Origin: Dehalococcoidia bacterium | Lineage (GTDB): Bacteria > Chloroflexota > Dehalococcoidia > Lucifugimonadales > JAGWBF01 | NCBI GenBank assembly: GCA_965219825.1 | Contig: OZ244792.1 | Coordinates: 3,270,646 to 3,294,645, forward strand | DNA: 24,000 nucleotides | Reading direction: 5' to 3' | Shown here: positions 22,542 through 24,000 of the stretch, one piece after another | Layout: each line of letters begins with the position of its first letter | How positions within the stretch are numbered: the stretch's first letter is position 1 | The notes under the pieces: model-generated | Seen by the model: only the letters and a program-made list of their open reading frames with translations | Told to the model about the DNA's origin: nothing | The model's database searches: none | Translations under genes and position numbers: made by a program

Positions 22542-23003
22542 TTGTGGAAACTCGGAACCTGGCTACAGGTCGGAGTCCGCTACGAGGGAAGCTTGGAAGA
22601 GCAAGAAGGACAGGAAGAGAACACACGGGACAGGCACGGATGGGTCCTCTATTATGATGGCAACTGTGGGTTCTGCGCCGGGGCCGTGCGCCTGCTCTCC
22701 GCGATAGACTTCTTCCGCCGGATCACCTGGACTCCCTTTCAGGTCCTGAAGGAACCGCCCCACGACCTATGTTGGGGCGACCTTGACCGCGCTGCCTACC
22801 TGGATACCGGACAAGGCCGACTCCACCAAGGGTACTACGCCTTCAGGAAACTGGCCCTGCGATTGGTGCCATTGTTACCTTTGGCACCCATTTTTTGGCT
22901 TCCTGGAATGGGATTCGCCGGGGGAGCGGTCTATCGCTGGGTCGCCGGGAACCGTTACCGCCTATCCGGCTGTCGAGTACCAACACTCAAATCTGAAAGG
23001 TAG
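22542..23003 (+). CDS. Thiol-disulfide oxidoreductase DCC family protein (DUF393)
   Basis: VLYYDGNCGFCAGAVRLL is the D-x-x-C-x-x-C motif of the DCC family. The start is uncertain: there is no in-frame ATG upstream of the motif, and TTG at 22542 or 22593 are the candidates. Confidence 0.75.
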   Translation: MWKLGTWLQVGVRYEGSLEEQEGQEENTRDRHGWVLYYDGNCGFCAGAVRLLSAIDFFRRITWTPFQVLKEPPHDLCWGDLDRAAYLDTGQGRLHQGYYAFRKLALRLVPLLPLAPIFWLPGMGFAGGAVYRWVAGNRYRLSGCRVPTLKSER

Positions 23004-23013
23004 CTCCGGTATT

Positions 23014-23042
23014 TTTAATATCTTACGATTGTAGTGTAAAAT
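23014..23042 (+). promoter_or_regulatory. Candidate promoter: TTTAAT-17-TAAAAT
   Basis: AT-rich 72-nt gap. TAAAAT at 23037-23042 lies 33 nt upstream of the ATG at 23076. Confidence 0.3.
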
Positions 23043-23075
23043 AGCATAACAGGAAAACCCGCCAAGAGGTAAAAG

Positions 23076-23549
23076 ATGCGCATAAGGGTGGAGCCCAAAG
23101 AGTTCTTCATGTACTCGATATTCCTGGCCTTCAACAAGGAGCACTCTGACCTGGAGGACAAGGCCGTCAAGGCTTACTTGGAGGAGCACGAGCTGATACC
23201 CAAGGCACAGGGAACGGACACCCTGGAGGGCCAGGAGTACGATGTCATGTACTTCGGCGGCTGCTACCTGGGCAGACATCTCAACGTTATCGGCGACATG
23301 CAGAGGAAGGCCGTGGAGCAAGAGATGCTCACTACCGAGATAGAGCGCATCTTACATGAGACGGCGGACCCGGCGACACGTAGGGCGGCCGATAATACGC
23401 CCGGGCCCAAGCTGAAGGAGCTAATCGTCAACCTCGCCGAGGACCTCCACCAGGAATCATCCTTTAGCGCCGACGAGGAAGGCTATTTGAAAGTAGCCCT
23501 GGAGGCCGACCATATCCGGCGTAAGTTCGTGGACATGGTCGGGGAATAG
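23076..23549 (+). CDS. Hypothetical protein, 157 aa, acidic, no family recognised
   Basis: Third-position GC-rich codon usage like the neighbouring genes, AAGAGG upstream of the ATG, and its own AT-rich upstream region. I recognise no TM segment, signal peptide or motif. Confidence 0.6.
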   Translation: MRIRVEPKEFFMYSIFLAFNKEHSDLEDKAVKAYLEEHELIPKAQGTDTLEGQEYDVMYFGGCYLGRHLNVIGDMQRKAVEQEMLTTEIERILHETADPATRRAADNTPGPKLKELIVNLAEDLHQESSFSADEEGYLKVALEADHIRRKFVDMVGE

Positions 23550-23687
23550 TGGCTACTAGGCTCACCTACACCGGGAAACCCCTTATCCGGCACGTCACAA
23601 GGGCAGCCAGAAAGAGAAGGGACATCAGAATCCCCAAGATTAGGCACCCGTACCTCGACACCATTAAACGGTTGCTCCCATTTCACC

Positions 23688-24000
23688 CTACTCACTGGGT
23701 ATGACGGGCAAGGTTATGTGGGAGGGGTACTGGTCACTATGCAGGATGGTTTGAATGGCAGGTCGTAGCTCACTCTCCTCCCAGGGTTCGCGGCCCGTAT
23801 TGGGATTCCTGTCGAAGCGAGGGAAGTTGCTGCTGGACAGCTCTACCCTCACGCAGTGCCCTGCCTTGAAAACGTTGCTGGTGGCTACCAGGTCTATAGT
23901 GTATTCATAGACGTTGCCCGGCTCAATCAGCTTCGCTTCGGCCAGGGACTCGCGGTAGCGGGCACGTATGATTCCATCGGTAAGACTTCTCGAGCAGCCG
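23688..24000 (-). CDS. CocE/NonD family (X-Pro dipeptidyl-peptidase-like) hydrolase, C-terminal part; 5' end lies outside the window
   Basis: Not in the ORF track because it has no start in the window. The minus-strand frame from 23999 is open and reads ...TDGIIRARYRESLAEAKLIEPGNVYEYTIDLVATSNVFKAGHCVRVELSSSNFPRFDRNPNTGREPW...LHSDQYPSHITLPVIPSE, then TAG (23690..23688). This is the conserved jelly-roll C-terminal domain of CocE/NonD hydrolases. Confidence 0.85.
   Translation of the reverse strand, partial: GCSRSLTDGIIRARYRESLAEAKLIEPGNVYEYTIDLVATSNVFKAGHCVRVELSSSNFPRFDRNPNTGREPWEESELRPAIQTILHSDQYPSHITLPVIPSE

Noticed and set aside
23483-23695. 70-aa minus-strand ORF between the orphan gene and the CocE/NonD gene
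   Set aside because: It overlaps the 3' ends of both convergent genes, has no RBS, and has no recognisable sequence features.
1-24000. CRISPR arrays, IS elements, integrases, rRNA/tRNA genes, toxin-antitoxin pairs or known defence-system genes
   Set aside because: I scanned both strands and all listed ORFs. I found no spaced direct repeats, no transposase/integrase/recombinase-like ORFs and no RNA-gene signatures. The only accessory-looking element is the DUF3800 remnant.

Overview
Gene-dense window of about 24 CDS on both strands, roughly 55-60% GC by eye. Gene content is ordinary chromosomal housekeeping plus oxidative catabolism. Left to right:
- 3' end of a D-aminoacylase-type amidohydrolase, then a D-2-hydroxyacid dehydrogenase.
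- A short, lower-GC pocket with a truncated DUF3800 gene.
- A complete TPP-riboswitch-controlled thiamine-pyrimidine salvage operon (thiZ-thiX-thiY-tenA-thiD, minus strand).
- An endonuclease-III-like gene translationally coupled to sfsA.
- pyrF plus a DUF951 gene.
- A dockerin-tagged PQQ sugar dehydrogenase.
- An LLM flavin oxidoreductase, an amidase, a VOC protein and a GMC oxidoreductase.
- A squalene/phytoene-synthase-family gene.
- A non-classical (type-E-like) succinate dehydrogenase/fumarate reductase operon, sdhA-sdhB plus an HdrB-like CCG subunit.
- A cupin, a ketopantoate-reductase-family gene, a DCC-family thiol oxidoreductase and an orphan acidic 157-aa protein.
- 3' end of a CocE/NonD hydrolase.

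The only RNA element I can support is the TPP riboswitch. I see no rRNA, tRNA, CRISPR array, transposase or integrase. Several intergenic regions carry near-consensus sigma70-type promoters in the correct orientation.

I do not see a convincing new multi-gene system. The items most worth a second look are the SQS-family/GMC gene pair, the SDH with altered cluster-ligand motifs and no membrane anchor, the frameshifted DUF3800 remnant, the dockerin-enzyme fusion, an 11-bp tandem duplication in the pyrF leader, and the orphan protein at 23076-23549. The gene content resembles marine Chloroflexota (SAR202-like), but that is inference only.
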